Origin: Paraspadella gotoi
Taxonomy: Eukaryota > Animalia > Chaetognatha
Assembly (NCBI GenBank): GCA_051294375.1
Contig: CM119267.1
Span: 5,384,578 to 5,448,577, forward strand
Direction: 5' to 3'
Length of the DNA stretch: 64,000 nucleotides
Every line of letters starts with the position of its first letter. Positions within the stretch are counted from its first letter, which is position 1. A program made the translations under genes and the position numbers. The notes beneath the pieces were generated by a model. The model searched no databases. It was not told where the DNA came from and saw only the letters and a list, made by a program, of their open reading frames with translations. Positions 61,944-64,000 of this stretch are shown here, in pieces.

Positions 61944-63340
61944 AACTATTGTAAAAATGGAAGAAAAATATATTATGTTCGCATCTTCAGATTACATTGA
62001 TCAGTAAAAAAATCTTAGACGGAAAATGACGACTGTCAGTGCAAATAACGTTCCATTATGTCACACGATTCGTAAAACAGATCCATCGAATTTACCAATC
62101 GGTCATGCTCGAAATATTTTTCAATAAATCAGGTGCCCTGAGCATTAGTCCAATTCGACATGCAAGTTTGAAATCCGTAGAAAAAAAATCACAGGTTTGC
62201 GAAGGGAGTACGTAATACTAAAAACTATCGAACCGAGATGGCAATTTTTTTAAATTAATGTTTGATTACTTCTAGGAATGATCCACATAAAATAATTTGG
62301 GTCAAGATTGAATGAAAAATTAAACAAATGTTTAACTTGATTTCCAAACAGTTTTATCAAAGTTCAAAATTAAAAATCAGAATCAACAACTGATATCTTT
62401 CACTATCATTTAAGTTCGGAAAAAAATTTGATCTACGATCATTAATTAATAAGTAATAAGTGATTATAAATAAAATGGCAGCAGCCGTGAAACAATGTCA
62501 GAGCGACGTCTCGCCAGAACTTATTTTAAACTAGTAAATGTTAAAAAATATTAAACAAAAACATAAAATGCAACGAAATTTGTGCTTATCACGTAAATTC
62601 AAAGTTTCGAAACTATAATTAAATGAAAAAAATTATAAAATCTTTTGGAAAATCACGTATTCTGTAAATTTTGCATAACTGGCTTATTTATTTTTTAAAT
62701 AATAGAATAATCATAAATTGCTCAGGCCAGATAGAAAAAAATTGAAAAAAGAAATATAGAAATATCGTGAAAGACTAGTCTGATGTCGAATATATATAAT
62801 CGCAATTAATAGGCATTGCAATCCGCCACTAAAAATGCGCGATGACATAAAATTCAATAATTCTTAATCCCCAAAACAATTAGATTAGGTGATGCTATTT
62901 GAACTAAAAATTGCATTGTTTGTCCTAACTGCTTTAACTGTTGCACGCTTTTGCTGACCGTGGACTACATTTGATAGAGCCTTGTTTCTTTAAGGACAAT
63001 AAAGATTAAAAAAAAAAACCCGATTCAAATAGCACCACCCACCACGGAAGTCATTTAAGAAAACACGGGTCCAAATAAATAAATCTTTTCACGAACATAA
63101 ATAAGATATCTTTTCACTCTGGAACAAATATTACCTCTTAATAAACAAAGATTCATAAAATCTTGAAACGAGAATCGAAAGCTACAGCTACACTAAGGGC
63201 GAATTTGACATTATTCCATGACAAACAAAAGTATAGATAACTTTGATTTTAAAGTTGAAAAAGAGAAATGCGACCCGCCACGAAGCGTAAGCGACAAACA
63301 AATTTTGTAAAAAATAAAACCAATACCCATCTGAATTTCG

Positions 63341-63981
63341 TCACTTAAAGCAATTGGCTTCGGTCGGGGTATCGTGGAGGCAACGCCTTCGTCTCGGGAC
63401 GATATCCACATCTTCGTCGATCAACCAATCGTTGACCATTTTCTCGTTGTCGTTGTCGTCCCGAAAAGACGAGACGAAAGCGGCGATGTTCGCGCCCTCA
63501 ACCGGGCCATTACTTTGATGCTCATCCGCGGTTCTATCGTCGAGATTAAAACGCGGTCTCGACCGAGAATTGACGTCTTCGATGACGAAGTGCTTCGGAC
63601 TTTCCTCCGATCCGAAACCCAGCAATGGGGTGCTGGAGCGGATGCGTTGGCGCAGGTTTTCGCACTTTTCCTGCGCCATCTCGTAGAGTTTCTCTGGCTG
63701 CGGTAAGTGCATTAGAAGGTTGTTGTTGCAATGATGCAAGTGCATGAGCAACTTGTCCAAGGTATCCTGGTCGTAAAGGGACATGCGCCACGAGTCGATG
63801 ACGACGACGAGCACTGAGAACGCCATGACTATGGCGACGGCGCCGAGAGACCAATCGTAGCAACCCGCGTCCACAGATTCCGGATCTCGGGTTATCCTTT
63901 CACGGTAGTCGTCTAAAATGGCGTTCATCTGCACGTTCGTTGCCAGAATGCCAAAGATGTGAAATAGTTGGTGCGAGTGAC
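63341..63981 (-). CDS. PAQR (membrane progestin/adipoQ receptor family), last exon only
   Basis: After the acceptor at 63983-63982 the frame reads GHSHQLFHIFGILATNVQMNAILDD, the PAQR HxxxH zinc-binding motif of TM7. Confidence 0.8.
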
Positions 63982-64000
63982 CTTTGGAGAGGAGAAAGTT

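Noticed and set aside
61950-63340. Promoter motifs (YY1-like aaaatggc, E2F-like cgcg sites here and at ~10270 and ~20845)
   Set aside because: Short motifs expected by chance; cannot define promoters without TSS data.

Overview
Gene-dense eukaryotic DNA from an invertebrate-type metazoan (GC-rich exons, mostly short AT-rich GT-AG introns); the taxon cannot be assigned from sequence alone. Manual splicing gives 23 consecutive protein-coding genes, all on the minus strand. In transcription order they are: PAQR (3' part), TMEM53-like, TONSL, SPT4, PIN4, SLX9, C9orf78, TBCCD1, TKFC, presenilin, MZT1, INTS1, SPAG7, TAF1C, a BASP1-like protein, GTSF1-like, LUC7L, NTAN1, CEP97, PRAS40, TAF9, ABCC/MRP and ACK (5' part). 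Stop-to-ATG gaps are as short as 43-230 nt, with 3' splice-acceptor-like sites just upstream of many ATGs. This is the signature expected of one or more large trans-spliced operons (inference; no SL sequence is visible). Nine CDSs are intronless, six of them consecutive. The only plus-strand gene found is a 7-exon signal-peptide/Ig/TM gene nested antisense in a PRAS40 intron. Introns carry DINE-1/Helentron-like elements, tRNA-like SINEs, TIR MITEs and fold-back elements. Gene identities come from remembered motifs, not database searches, and exon boundaries are hand-derived.
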